NCBI GenBank assembly: GCA_050633245.1
Contig: JBOEGD010000016.1
Coordinates: 90,748 to 154,747, forward strand
Source of the DNA: Calditrichia bacterium
GTDB lineage: Bacteria > Calditrichota > Calditrichia > RBG-13-44-9 > J075
Reading direction: 5' to 3'
DNA length: 64,000 bases
How positions within the stretch are numbered: the first letter of the stretch is position 1; each line of letters starts with the position of its first letter. A program made the position numbers and the translations under genes. Positions 38,413-47,774 of this stretch are shown one piece after another. Under the pieces are notes generated by a model. That model was not told the origin of the DNA. It saw only the letters and a list, made by a program, of their open reading frames with translations, and ran no database searches.

Positions 38413-39165
38413 TTACATCGTCTCAAACAACTCCCTCAAATGGTGCAGCGCAACCTCCTGATCAATAAAGTACGGACTGGTGGCAATGGTTATGAATTCG
38501 GCGTGCTTTATACAGTAACGAATGTAATCGTATTTCTGCTGCTGTGGAATATAGCTCATCTCATCGGCGAAGATATCCAAATCGAGATCGAAGACAAATG
38601 GAGGTTCCGGCAATTGCTGGAAAGCACCGCTGCTATCAATAATATCAACCTTATTGAATAGCCCCAGCTTGATGGCCGGTCGAATAAAGTTTCCGACATT
38701 GAGATGAAAGTTTGCGTAGTCTAAGGCCTCTTTCAAATCGAGGTCTGACCAGTTTGCCGGGGCGGGGGACGATCGCTCCGGTTCACGCATATCGCTATGC
38801 TGATCGACGTGGATTAAACGCTGTCCCGGTGCGAGAACGCCAGCCTTTAAACCAACCAGCCAAAACATAAATGCGTGATTATGATTGTCAAATAAAAAGA
38901 TATGTTTATCGCGCCAGTGGCTATAGATGAATTTAGCCAAGCCCGACAACGCACGTTCAACACCATCCTCAATCTCGCAGAAAACAATCTGCTCGCCAAG
39001 CTCGGCAGATTCAAGCGACGCTTCTATCAGAGGTGGGACAATGATCGATTTGTGTTCTCGCTCTTCAAAAGAAAAGGCATTGTTGCCGGTTGCGGTCTTA
39101 ATAGAAAAACCGCTGTAGAGCTTCATCAGCTCTGCCAGCGGCTTTTTCATACTATTTGCTACCAT
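38413..39165 (-). CDS. UPF0489-family (arginase/deacetylase-fold) protein
   Basis: FDNHNHA, IHVDQHSDM, LNVGNFI, FDLDLD, TIATSPYF; ATG 39165 lies 4 nt after the upstream stop. Confidence 0.8.
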   Translation of the reverse strand: MVANSMKKPLAELMKLYSGFSIKTATGNNAFSFEEREHKSIIVPPLIEASLESAELGEQIVFCEIEDGVERALSGLAKFIYSHWRDKHIFLFDNHNHAFMFWLVGLKAGVLAPGQRLIHVDQHSDMREPERSSPAPANWSDLDLKEALDYANFHLNVGNFIRPAIKLGLFNKVDIIDSSGAFQQLPEPPFVFDLDLDIFADEMSYIPQQQKYDYIRYCIKHAEFITIATSPYFIDQEVALHHLRELFETM

Positions 39166-39169
39166 ATCG

Positions 39170-40600
39170 TTAGGCCAATGTCGCCTGAACATGCAGCGCA
39201 CGCTGGCGGTAAAGATGTTCGAACAAGTTACCTTCATGCGGCTGATCCCAGGCAATTTTCATGGTAGGAACCGGTCCAATGTTCAAACGCTCTACATTCG
39301 GCGATGCAAATAATTCATTGACATAGTTCTGATCCTTTGTAATTGCCGAAACAACCAGAGTTGGCCCCATCTCATTCAGAATGCGATCCTGCGGCACTTC
39401 CACCACCGTTACAAACGGAAACAAGTATTCGCTGGATGCCAGTGGATGCTGCGGGTCTTCACAGTAGACAACCGTCGGTAGCAGAAATACGCAGTCATCA
39501 AGCTCTACCAGTCGGCTACCCTCACGGTATTTTGCCGTCAGGTCTTCAGCACCTTCGGTCTGCAGCTGACTATCTATTGCATCATTCAGCATATAGGCCA
39601 GCTTCTTATTGGCAAAAGCTGCGATTTGGGCATTCGGATCATCCATCGTCGTTGCAGTAACCTTGGCAAGGCGCTTCGCCAGTTCTTCAGCAATTTCACG
39701 TCCACGACGCGGCACCCAAAGTCCTGAAGCATTGATGCAGGAACGTCCGCCATTTGCAACAACGGAATGTTCTACCACATCGAGATGCTGATTAAAATCG
39801 TCTACCTGGTCTTCACCAAAGAGGACCTTACTCCAGCCCGGTCCATGAATCTGAACGCGTTTGTCGTTCTTCCATGGTGCAACCGTGTTCTTATCACCAA
39901 AGAACATGGAACGACCGGTGCGCAGTAAAATTTCACGTGCGCCATCATAGCTGGTGGGATAGTAGCCAAAAACTTCCGGCGGACAACCGGCAGCCATAAA
40001 AGACTGTGCAATGCGATAAGGCGTCCACGGCTCCTGACTACCCGGCTTTAGCACAACCGGCACCTTCAGGGCGATGGCTTGAATCCAGAGCGAGTGAACC
40101 CCGGGCGAATTGCTCGGCAAAATAGCTCCCAGAGCATTGGTTTCGCAGAGAAAATTTAGCGGCCTGCCATCTTGCTCAACCCAGCCTTTATCGAGAATGG
40201 ACAGATCGAGACCGCGGGTAAGTCCACCAAGCACTTCTTCCATGCCTTCCATAACCAGCGTTATTTTTGCCATATTGGTTCGGCAAAGTGCCTCCGGCAT
40301 TCCGGTAGTGGCAGACAAATTGGTAATGTACTCTTCCGGTGTTTGAGTGCCGTCTCCCATCGGGAGTTCGCTTTCATTGAAGTATTTCGCGGCTCGCTTA
40401 CACATGTCCAGCAACTCACGAATCGGAATAGCATCCAGAACCTTTTTATTATGGGCGGCATCGCGCATATCTTTGTTAATCAATCCGGGATTGGCCTGAC
40501 TCATTTCTGCAACCGGCTCTCCGGTGCGGAAATGGGGAATCGTAACCGTAGTGAGGCTTTTATACGGTTTCCCGGCTCGTAATATGGGTATATGAATCAT
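39170..40600 (-). CDS. Atypical ALDH-fold protein, EhpG/acyl-reductase-like
   Basis: PSNSPGV (Asn), LKPGSQEP, NGGRSCINAS (catalytic Cys), EYLFPF; HGPGWSK replaces ELGGK. Confidence 0.82.
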   Translation of the reverse strand: MIHIPILRAGKPYKSLTTVTIPHFRTGEPVAEMSQANPGLINKDMRDAAHNKKVLDAIPIRELLDMCKRAAKYFNESELPMGDGTQTPEEYITNLSATTGMPEALCRTNMAKITLVMEGMEEVLGGLTRGLDLSILDKGWVEQDGRPLNFLCETNALGAILPSNSPGVHSLWIQAIALKVPVVLKPGSQEPWTPYRIAQSFMAAGCPPEVFGYYPTSYDGAREILLRTGRSMFFGDKNTVAPWKNDKRVQIHGPGWSKVLFGEDQVDDFNQHLDVVEHSVVANGGRSCINASGLWVPRRGREIAEELAKRLAKVTATTMDDPNAQIAAFANKKLAYMLNDAIDSQLQTEGAEDLTAKYREGSRLVELDDCVFLLPTVVYCEDPQHPLASSEYLFPFVTVVEVPQDRILNEMGPTLVVSAITKDQNYVNELFASPNVERLNIGPVPTMKIAWDQPHEGNLFEHLYRQRALHVQATLA

Positions 40601-40629
40601 ACGGATATCTCCGTTTGGTTTTATTGGGT

Positions 40630-41718
40630 TTAATAAACACCTACAACGACTGACTGCTGAAAGCGCGAGAACAAACGCAGGTTCGATACGCCATCCCAGG
40701 GATAGGCATCAATCGGTTCAGCGCGTTCACCTTCATCGCGTTCTAGGAATCGTGGCATAAAGAATTCTTTAGTCAGCGTGGTTAAGATAACACGTCCGGT
40801 TTCACCATAATCAACAAGCTCATCAGGGTTGTCCGGATTGACCAGTTCAAACACAGCACGTGGATGCGGACCATAATAGGTAATGGCGTAATCGTCTTTC
40901 TGATCGAATGGCTTATTACAGGCCAGTCCCATTAGCGTGTTGCCATAGGTTGGTTGAAAATCGATTCCGGGAATCAACTCTTCACGTGCGAAGCGATGAA
41001 ATTGCGCATTCATCTCGGTTCCACCGCAAAAAATACCGGTTACACCATGCTTGACGAGCGAGATTTTCTCACAGAGAGACTCAAGTAGCTTCGGCGTGGT
41101 AAACACGCATTTTATATTGTCATGGGCACGAAGAATTTTCAGCGCCTGATCGATAACGTGTTGCTTATACAGCTCGAGCTCCTGCATCTTGCCGGCTTTA
41201 ATGAGCTTGTTTACCCAGCGCGGATCGAGATCGACAAAAAAGCAGATACCGCCGCGGTGCTGAGCCAGATGCTCTACAGCCAGGCGCAAACGACGTGGCC
41301 CACTCGGACCAAGCATCAACCAGTCACCGCCTTTGGGGAAGGTCTCATCAGAAAGCGTTTCGCTGAACATTTCATAATCCGTCCGAAAATCGTTAATATT
41401 TATACGCGATTTCGGTACGCCGGTTGAGCCACCGGTTTCAAATATATTAATCGGACTATTTGCATACGGTTTCGGCACCCATCGTCTCACCGGGCCACCA
41501 CGCAGCCATTCGTCCTGAAAATGACCAAGGATTTTAAGATCGTTGTAACCACCGATCTCTTTGCGCGGATCAAAGTCCAGGTTCTCCGCGTAGTTCAGCC
41601 AGAAGGGACAACCGGTTTCAGGACTAAAGTGCCAGTCTACAATTTCGCGAACGTGAGTGTCCAGCTTATCCTGTGCTGCCGCAATCTTTTGAGACAGCGA
41701 TTTATCTAGAATATCCAT
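40630..41718 (-). CDS. Stand-alone truncated adenylate-forming enzyme, EhpF-like (phenylacetate-CoA ligase/LuxE superfamily)
   Basis: WHFSPETGCPFW, FETGGSTGVPK P-loop, DLDPRWV, GGT, TYGNT, VDYGETGRV.LT.L, ERD; no C-terminal lid domain; ATG 41718 after GAGGA. Confidence 0.8.
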   Translation of the reverse strand: MDILDKSLSQKIAAAQDKLDTHVREIVDWHFSPETGCPFWLNYAENLDFDPRKEIGGYNDLKILGHFQDEWLRGGPVRRWVPKPYANSPINIFETGGSTGVPKSRININDFRTDYEMFSETLSDETFPKGGDWLMLGPSGPRRLRLAVEHLAQHRGGICFFVDLDPRWVNKLIKAGKMQELELYKQHVIDQALKILRAHDNIKCVFTTPKLLESLCEKISLVKHGVTGIFCGGTEMNAQFHRFAREELIPGIDFQPTYGNTLMGLACNKPFDQKDDYAITYYGPHPRAVFELVNPDNPDELVDYGETGRVILTTLTKEFFMPRFLERDEGERAEPIDAYPWDGVSNLRLFSRFQQSVVVGVY

Positions 41719-41754
41719 AAGTTCCTCATTATAAAGCATCAGGTTTGGGGTTCG

Positions 41755-43908
41755 TTATTCTCCGATTCCAAAAAGATGGCTTTGGCCGCGAACGAATATC
41801 ATACCATCTGCAATGGCCGGCGTGGCCATCACCACTTCTCCAACATCATTCTGAGCCACAATGCTATAGCTATCGCCGGCATCAGCTACGTAAATTGTTC
41901 CATCCTCACTGGCAAGGTAGATCAAACCGTCGGCAGCAACGGGAGACGCAGAGAATGCATAACCGCCACCACGTCCACCAAGACGCTCCCTAAACTTGCG
42001 TTCGCCGGTCAGTGCATCAAAGCAGCTAAACGTGCCGTTATTGGTACAAACAAACAGATTCTTCTCATAAATAATCGGCGTCGGCATATAAGGGCCACCA
42101 CGCTGAGTACTCCAGGAGATGTGATCACTGGACGTTTCGCCTTCGGCAAGAGAAATATCTCCTTTTGCGCCCGGTTTTATAACATAAATCGGTTGAATGG
42201 GTCGATAGCCACTGGAAATGTAAAACATTCCATGAGCGACAAACGGCGTCGGAACAGCAATTTCCGAATTGCCTTTTAGCGTCCAAATCTCAGCACCCGT
42301 TTCAGGATTGTAGCCACGAATGCCGTGCGTGCCATTTGTCAGAAGCTCAGCCGCATCACCATCTGAATAAACGGTAGGACTAGCCCAGGAAGGAATCTCA
42401 TCGCGATCGGTCTTCCAGCGCAGCTTACCGTCTTTCAAACCATAAGCAGCGATATAAGAGTCTTTCTGCTTATCACACTGTACAATCACCATATCGCGAT
42501 AAATGATCGGTGAACTGGCATGTCCCCACTGATAGTCAGGATCGTAAAACCACCCTGAATCGAGATAACCAAGATCCTGCTTCCACAGCAGTTCTCCGTC
42601 AATATTGTAGCAGAATAAACCTTCTGCGCCAAACAGGGCAACAACGTATTTACCATTTGTTACCGGCGTTGAATTTGCCTGAGTGGCTTTGGTATGCCTT
42701 TTTACTTGCGGCACCCCCCGATACGCCTCGCGCTCCCATATGATGCTGCCATTCTTCTTGTTGATACAATAGACGCGCCAGGAATGCTCGGAAACATCAG
42801 CGTCTGGCGCCACGTCACCATACAAGCCAACACGTAGTGCAGAGGATGTATCACTGCTTAGCGCGGTAGTTATAAAAAGTCGGTCTTTCCAAATTATCGG
42901 ACTGGAATGAGCCAATCCTGGAATGGGCGTTTTCCACTTGATATTTTTGCCGCTCTCGACATCCCACTCAACAGGCGGGAACTGCTTATCGGCAACGCCT
43001 GTTGCCCCCTGTCCACGAAATGAAGGCCAATTTTGAGCAACAACTTTGCCTTTAGGGCGAATGCTCGGTGCAGCCTCTTCCACAACGGCAGACTTTTCTT
43101 CTTCCGGCTGGCTGCGCTTAAAAATAAACTTTGAATTCCCCTGCTCCAGTTCGAAGCTCTCGGCTTCGCTTGTTCCTTGTGGGAAGCGAACCGTAATACC
43201 CTCAAATTCTACGGACTTGAATGTCGTCTCATCTTCCGGAGCATAGGTTAGTGCGGGCTGTCCCGGTACTACACCTTTTAGCGAACCATTTTCGATGGAG
43301 AAGGTGAGTTTCATCCCAAAATCGCTGTTATCATATTTTCCGACATAACGCTTAAGAACTGACTCCGATACCTTTTGCTCTTTCGGCTTCTCAATCGTCT
43401 TAGCTCCGGCTTTTTCCAAAGCTGCAACCATTTCAGGTTTCTCACCACTCTTCGCTGTAGCAAGGGCGCGGGAAAGCGCATCCGCATCGGCCTTTCCGCT
43501 TTCCAGAACGACCTGCAAAAGCTCTGCGTTATTTTCCTGAACCGCTGTTAACAGCACAGCATCTGCGCCTTCGGAACCACGTTCTAACAAAATTTTAACA
43601 ACGGTAGCATGCTTATTGTAAGAAGCCCAATCAATAGCAGACGCGCCATAGAAAGTATCTTTACGATTTAGCTCTGCGCCTTTATCGAGCAGTAGTGTAA
43701 CAAGCTCAACATTTCCGCGATCACAGGCATAAGTAAGTGCCGTCACTTCATAGCGTCCGGTGGCGTTTACGTCTGCACCGTCAGCTAAAAGCTGCTTTAC
43801 TTTTACAACATCGCCGGCACGAACAGCTTCCAGAAAAGCTTCATCGTTCTCTCCAGCAAAGAGAGACATAGCGCTAAAGAGGAGAAAAAACATGGTATAA
43901 ATCCGCAT
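41755..43908 (-). CDS. Exported ankyrin-repeat + DUF3471-like + PQQ-like beta-propeller fusion
   Basis: Signal peptide; GADVN/TALTYA/GAELN ankyrin repeats; LKRYVGKY domain; NWPSFRG, PGLAHSSP, HTKATQANSTP, WGHASSP. Confidence 0.88.
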   Translation of the reverse strand: MRIYTMFFLLFSAMSLFAGENDEAFLEAVRAGDVVKVKQLLADGADVNATGRYEVTALTYACDRGNVELVTLLLDKGAELNRKDTFYGASAIDWASYNKHATVVKILLERGSEGADAVLLTAVQENNAELLQVVLESGKADADALSRALATAKSGEKPEMVAALEKAGAKTIEKPKEQKVSESVLKRYVGKYDNSDFGMKLTFSIENGSLKGVVPGQPALTYAPEDETTFKSVEFEGITVRFPQGTSEAESFELEQGNSKFIFKRSQPEEEKSAVVEEAAPSIRPKGKVVAQNWPSFRGQGATGVADKQFPPVEWDVESGKNIKWKTPIPGLAHSSPIIWKDRLFITTALSSDTSSALRVGLYGDVAPDADVSEHSWRVYCINKKNGSIIWEREAYRGVPQVKRHTKATQANSTPVTNGKYVVALFGAEGLFCYNIDGELLWKQDLGYLDSGWFYDPDYQWGHASSPIIYRDMVIVQCDKQKDSYIAAYGLKDGKLRWKTDRDEIPSWASPTVYSDGDAAELLTNGTHGIRGYNPETGAEIWTLKGNSEIAVPTPFVAHGMFYISSGYRPIQPIYVIKPGAKGDISLAEGETSSDHISWSTQRGGPYMPTPIIYEKNLFVCTNNGTFSCFDALTGERKFRERLGGRGGGYAFSASPVAADGLIYLASEDGTIYVADAGDSYSIVAQNDVGEVVMATPAIADGMIFVRGQSHLFGIGE

Positions 43909-43983
43909 ACTTGCTCCTGAAAGCTTGGTATTTCAATTTAAAAACATGAGTTGCCCAGAGCCCAATAGTTCACATAAAGACGT

Positions 43984-44011
43984 TGAATTTTGAACCCTGA
44001 ACCCTGAATTT
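43984..44011. repeat. Heptamer tandem repeat TGAA(TTT/CCC)x4
   Basis: TGAATTT TGAACCC TGAACCC TGAATTT, 3 nt after the stop of 44015..45475. Confidence 0.75.
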
Positions 44012-44014
44012 ATT

Positions 44015-45475
44015 TTACATATTTGCGTCTATTGCAAACAATGTCGTGCGGCTGGCAATATACAGAACACCATTATAAACGGTTGGCGTAGAGTATACTG
44101 CGCTACCCATGTTTACTTCGTGAATCAGCTCTTTGGTTTTAGAAGCGCGAAGTACTGCAACATCGCCGTCTTCATCACCAATATAAACCTTACCATCCGT
44201 AACAAATGGTGATCCCCAAATGGCAGCAAATGTATCATAAATCCAGTGCTCTTTACCAGTGTTTACATCCAGGCAATACAGAAAACCGCTCAGATCGGAA
44301 ATGAACATCAGGTCGTCGATAATTGCGGCGGTTGCCATGGTGCGATTGAAGTCATCACCACTGCGCTGCCAAATATTACCGGTTTCGGTAATGTCTCCGG
44401 TTTGGGAAGCATCGATGCAATACAAGTTACCAGGTGCTTCGCCGTGCTCCGGATCTTGTCCAACGCCAAGATAGACTTTACCATCCAGAAATACCGGAGT
44501 TGAGATCAGATTATTGCGCGTACCGGAACCACCAAGAATCCACTTGGAATCCTTCGGGTTACAGTCAAATTGCCAGATCAGGTCACCGGTTTTCGGATCG
44601 AAGCTATATGCAACTCCATCCCCGCCGGGAAAAACCACCTGCTCACGGCCACCAGCTATACCATAAGCCGGATTGGCCCAAGTACCGTGAAGGATATCTT
44701 CACCGGGAAGGTTGTTTTCCCAAACAACTTCACCGCTATTCTTGTTAATGGCAAGAAAGCTGGGTGCTTCAGGCGAAGGAATAATGATATGGCTTTCATC
44801 GACACCATTCCCGGTCGTTAAATAAAGCATGTCTCCGACAAGCAATGGGCAACCAACAGCCAGGTTATGCGGGAATACATCCAGCTCATCGATGGTATCC
44901 AACTTCCAGATAATATCTTCATCGATTTTGCTGTTTTCAACTTCATCCTTGTACGGTCCGCGATTTTCACCGTCCAGGAAACCATCCAGATCAGCAGCAA
45001 TCACTTCAGCGCGATTAGACACATAATAAATAATGTCGCCTTCAATAGCAGGTGTCGAGCAAATGCCCTGCAGCGGCCAGTCATTTACCATACCAGACGG
45101 CAGCTTGGCGTGGGCTGCCTGCCAGAGAAATTCACCCTTGTCTTCAGTAAAAACCATCAGGTTTCCGCGATCGCCACCCAGCTTGGGATTGCGAACAGCT
45201 TCATTGTTGGTGGCAATAACTACTTTGCCGTCAACAACCTGCGGGTTGGTATAGGTTTGTGATCCCAGCTTGGCAGTCCACTTAATGTGCTTACCGGTTT
45301 CCGGATCCCAGCTATGCGATATTCCGGTTGCTTCCTTTACCATATTGCGCGTAGCATCAAATCCATACATTGTCAGCACCGGAGCATCGGCCGATTTATC
45401 AGATTTCGTCTCCCTAGCTCCCGGTGTACTTACCAGAAGCAAGAGCAGTATAACTGCAACTATTTTTAACATCAT
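44015..45475 (-). CDS. Exported PQQ-like beta-propeller protein with His/acidic motifs
   Basis: Signal peptide; LGSQTY, DWPLQGICSTP, FPHN, TGNGVDESH, ILHGTW, GQDPEHGE, WGSP, GDEDGD. Confidence 0.88.
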   Translation of the reverse strand: MMLKIVAVILLLLLVSTPGARETKSDKSADAPVLTMYGFDATRNMVKEATGISHSWDPETGKHIKWTAKLGSQTYTNPQVVDGKVVIATNNEAVRNPKLGGDRGNLMVFTEDKGEFLWQAAHAKLPSGMVNDWPLQGICSTPAIEGDIIYYVSNRAEVIAADLDGFLDGENRGPYKDEVENSKIDEDIIWKLDTIDELDVFPHNLAVGCPLLVGDMLYLTTGNGVDESHIIIPSPEAPSFLAINKNSGEVVWENNLPGEDILHGTWANPAYGIAGGREQVVFPGGDGVAYSFDPKTGDLIWQFDCNPKDSKWILGGSGTRNNLISTPVFLDGKVYLGVGQDPEHGEAPGNLYCIDASQTGDITETGNIWQRSGDDFNRTMATAAIIDDLMFISDLSGFLYCLDVNTGKEHWIYDTFAAIWGSPFVTDGKVYIGDEDGDVAVLRASKTKELIHEVNMGSAVYSTPTVYNGVLYIASRTTLFAIDANM

Positions 45476-45506
45476 ATCTTAAATTCTCCTCAGAAAAATT
45501 TTATGC

Positions 45507-47774
45507 TTACTTTGCTGTTACTTTCACATTGTCGTAATAGTGCTCGGTATAAGATACCCCGATAATTCCCGGGCTACCCTGCATTACCGGATACGGATCT
45601 TCAGTCGTAATTGACCAATCTGTCGGCTCAGCTTCGTCTCGTGGCCAAACCTTACCGCGGATAATTGCTTTACCGCCTTCATAGGAGACATCGAGCTTCA
45701 TCGTATACCAGCGATTCTCTTCCCACTTAAACGGCACTACTTCCTGAATACGGTATTCCGAGACCCAGGAGCGCAGTTCCAGGCGATTGCGCTTACCCAT
45801 CAAGTCCATTTCGTAGCCATGAGAGATTAGTCCAATATCCGAACGCTTACGCTTGTTCCGCTGATCCATAAAATCGGTCTGAATCACGTAGCCCTTCATG
45901 TCCGACGGTCCAAAATAAGTAGAATGACGCTGAATACCTCTCTTTGCGAGCGGCTTTGAAAGTACCTTATTACCATCTTCCAGCGTTTTTACAATGAACT
46001 TACCACCGGGTGATCGCGAACTGCTTGTGCCAATCCACGGGCTCGGATTCCCACCATCCTCAATATCTTCAAAGTCTTCCGTCCAAGGCAAATTGGGGAA
46101 TACCCGAACGCGAGCGGTTCCACTGACTCCGTCTACCGTCGCCATAACTTTACCGGCATGCATTTTTTTCATGTTCGTTGGAAACGTCATGCTTCCATCG
46201 GAAGCAATTGAACCCTCAACACCCTGCAGTTTCCATTCAGCAGCGGACTCACGCAGAAAGCGGCCAGCCTGATCGAACAAACGTGCACGGAAGGTGACCT
46301 TATCACCGGCACGAGCATCGAGTTCGGCAGGAACAACCTGTACCCAGGCTACCGCAGCGTCTTTGGTAGACTGCGGTTCAGCCAACACACGCTCCGGCAT
46401 TTTGCCAGTGACGAAAGGACGCGCTTTATCGCCAAGGCAATAAACGCCTACCTCGGTAGCGAAATATACACGGCCATAAGCAATCGCTACAGATCCATAT
46501 ATCTCTGCCGCGCGCTCTTCAGTTTTCATATGAATTTCTTCTTCGTCCAAAACCTCAACGCCGGTAGCGGAAGGCTTGAGGATATACATGCGACCATTTG
46601 TTTCAGTCACATAAATTTTGCCGTCAGCCCAAACCGGAGACGGTCGGCCGATTGTTCCAAGGCTATGCTCCCACATTTTCTCGCCGGTTTTGGCATTTAG
46701 GGCATACATCATTGCGGCATTGTCAATTGCGTAGATAACGCCATCTTTAATCATAGGTGATGAGTTACCGATTTCTGCATCATATCGCCATACTTCGTTT
46801 GTCTTTGTAATGTCGCCACTACCGCTGGCGTTAATCGCTACTAAACGTCCCATTTGCGGGGTATCAACATTTTCTTCACTATGCCCGGCATACACCATAT
46901 TCCCATCGATAACAACAGAAGAGTTCATTCCACGCTTGCTCAGCTTGAATTCCCAAACCTTTTCACCGGTACGGGCTTTCATAGCGTAAACCGTTCCATC
47001 AGCGTTTCCGCCAATCAGCAGACGTTCGCCATCAATAATTGCAACGCTTGGCATGGTATAAATGTTTGGTGCTTTAAAAACACCGCTCGGTGTTGCGGTC
47101 CAAACGGTTTCACCGGTGCGCTTATCGAAAGCAAAATGACGGTGTTTCATTGGCTTCTGCTCACCCCAACCAGCGGAGACATAACCGGTGATGAGCAAAT
47201 CTTCGTCGATTAGCGGACTGGTGCTACGGCCGCCATAACCGGTGCGGGTTCCAAATTCTTCCGTAAGAGAACGCTTCCAAACAATCTTGCCATCTTTGTC
47301 GAAGCAGTGTATCATCGCGCCACTACCAACCGCATAAACATAACCGGTTTCAGCGTCCCCACCCATGCTAGCCCAACCCAATCGATTAAACGGAACGGAT
47401 GTTAAGCGCATATTGTAGCGGTATTCCCAGAGCTGGGCGCCGGTTCCGGCATCAAAACAGGCAACTATCTCCTGCTTGGAAATCCCATCTCCGGTTCTAC
47501 CGATCACATAAACACGACCGTCTTGAACTATCGGCGTTGAACGACCGATAAAGTCGGCCTTCCAAAGCAGGTTTTCACCTTCCTGAGACCAACTGTCTAT
47601 CAGGCCTTTCTCTGTAGAGACACCATTAAGCGTTGGTCCGCGCCAGTTGCGCCATTCAGTCGTTTCTACCATCTTACTGTCTTTAACCATTTTACTGTCT
47701 TTAACGTTTCCGCTGCTGCACGCGGCAAGCAGGGCAAAGATAAAGGCAGAGGCTATCAGCAAATGAAATCGCAT
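45507..47774 (-). CDS. PQQ-like beta-propeller lipoprotein with C-terminal Ig-like and concanavalin/LamG-like domains
   Basis: LLAA-C lipobox; WRNWRGP; GxxxW repeats; VQVVPAE..ARAGD Ig-like segment; WTEDFE...WYTMKL...RGKVWP..E.EP.W. Confidence 0.88.
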   Translation of the reverse strand: MRFHLLIASAFIFALLAACSSGNVKDSKMVKDSKMVETTEWRNWRGPTLNGVSTEKGLIDSWSQEGENLLWKADFIGRSTPIVQDGRVYVIGRTGDGISKQEIVACFDAGTGAQLWEYRYNMRLTSVPFNRLGWASMGGDAETGYVYAVGSGAMIHCFDKDGKIVWKRSLTEEFGTRTGYGGRSTSPLIDEDLLITGYVSAGWGEQKPMKHRHFAFDKRTGETVWTATPSGVFKAPNIYTMPSVAIIDGERLLIGGNADGTVYAMKARTGEKVWEFKLSKRGMNSSVVIDGNMVYAGHSEENVDTPQMGRLVAINASGSGDITKTNEVWRYDAEIGNSSPMIKDGVIYAIDNAAMMYALNAKTGEKMWEHSLGTIGRPSPVWADGKIYVTETNGRMYILKPSATGVEVLDEEEIHMKTEERAAEIYGSVAIAYGRVYFATEVGVYCLGDKARPFVTGKMPERVLAEPQSTKDAAVAWVQVVPAELDARAGDKVTFRARLFDQAGRFLRESAAEWKLQGVEGSIASDGSMTFPTNMKKMHAGKVMATVDGVSGTARVRVFPNLPWTEDFEDIEDGGNPSPWIGTSSSRSPGGKFIVKTLEDGNKVLSKPLAKRGIQRHSTYFGPSDMKGYVIQTDFMDQRNKRKRSDIGLISHGYEMDLMGKRNRLELRSWVSEYRIQEVVPFKWEENRWYTMKLDVSYEGGKAIIRGKVWPRDEAEPTDWSITTEDPYPVMQGSPGIIGVSYTEHYYDNVKVTAK

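Noticed and set aside
39170-41718. lux bioluminescence or phenazine biosynthesis locus
   Set aside because: No luxAB/luxD or phz core genes in the window.
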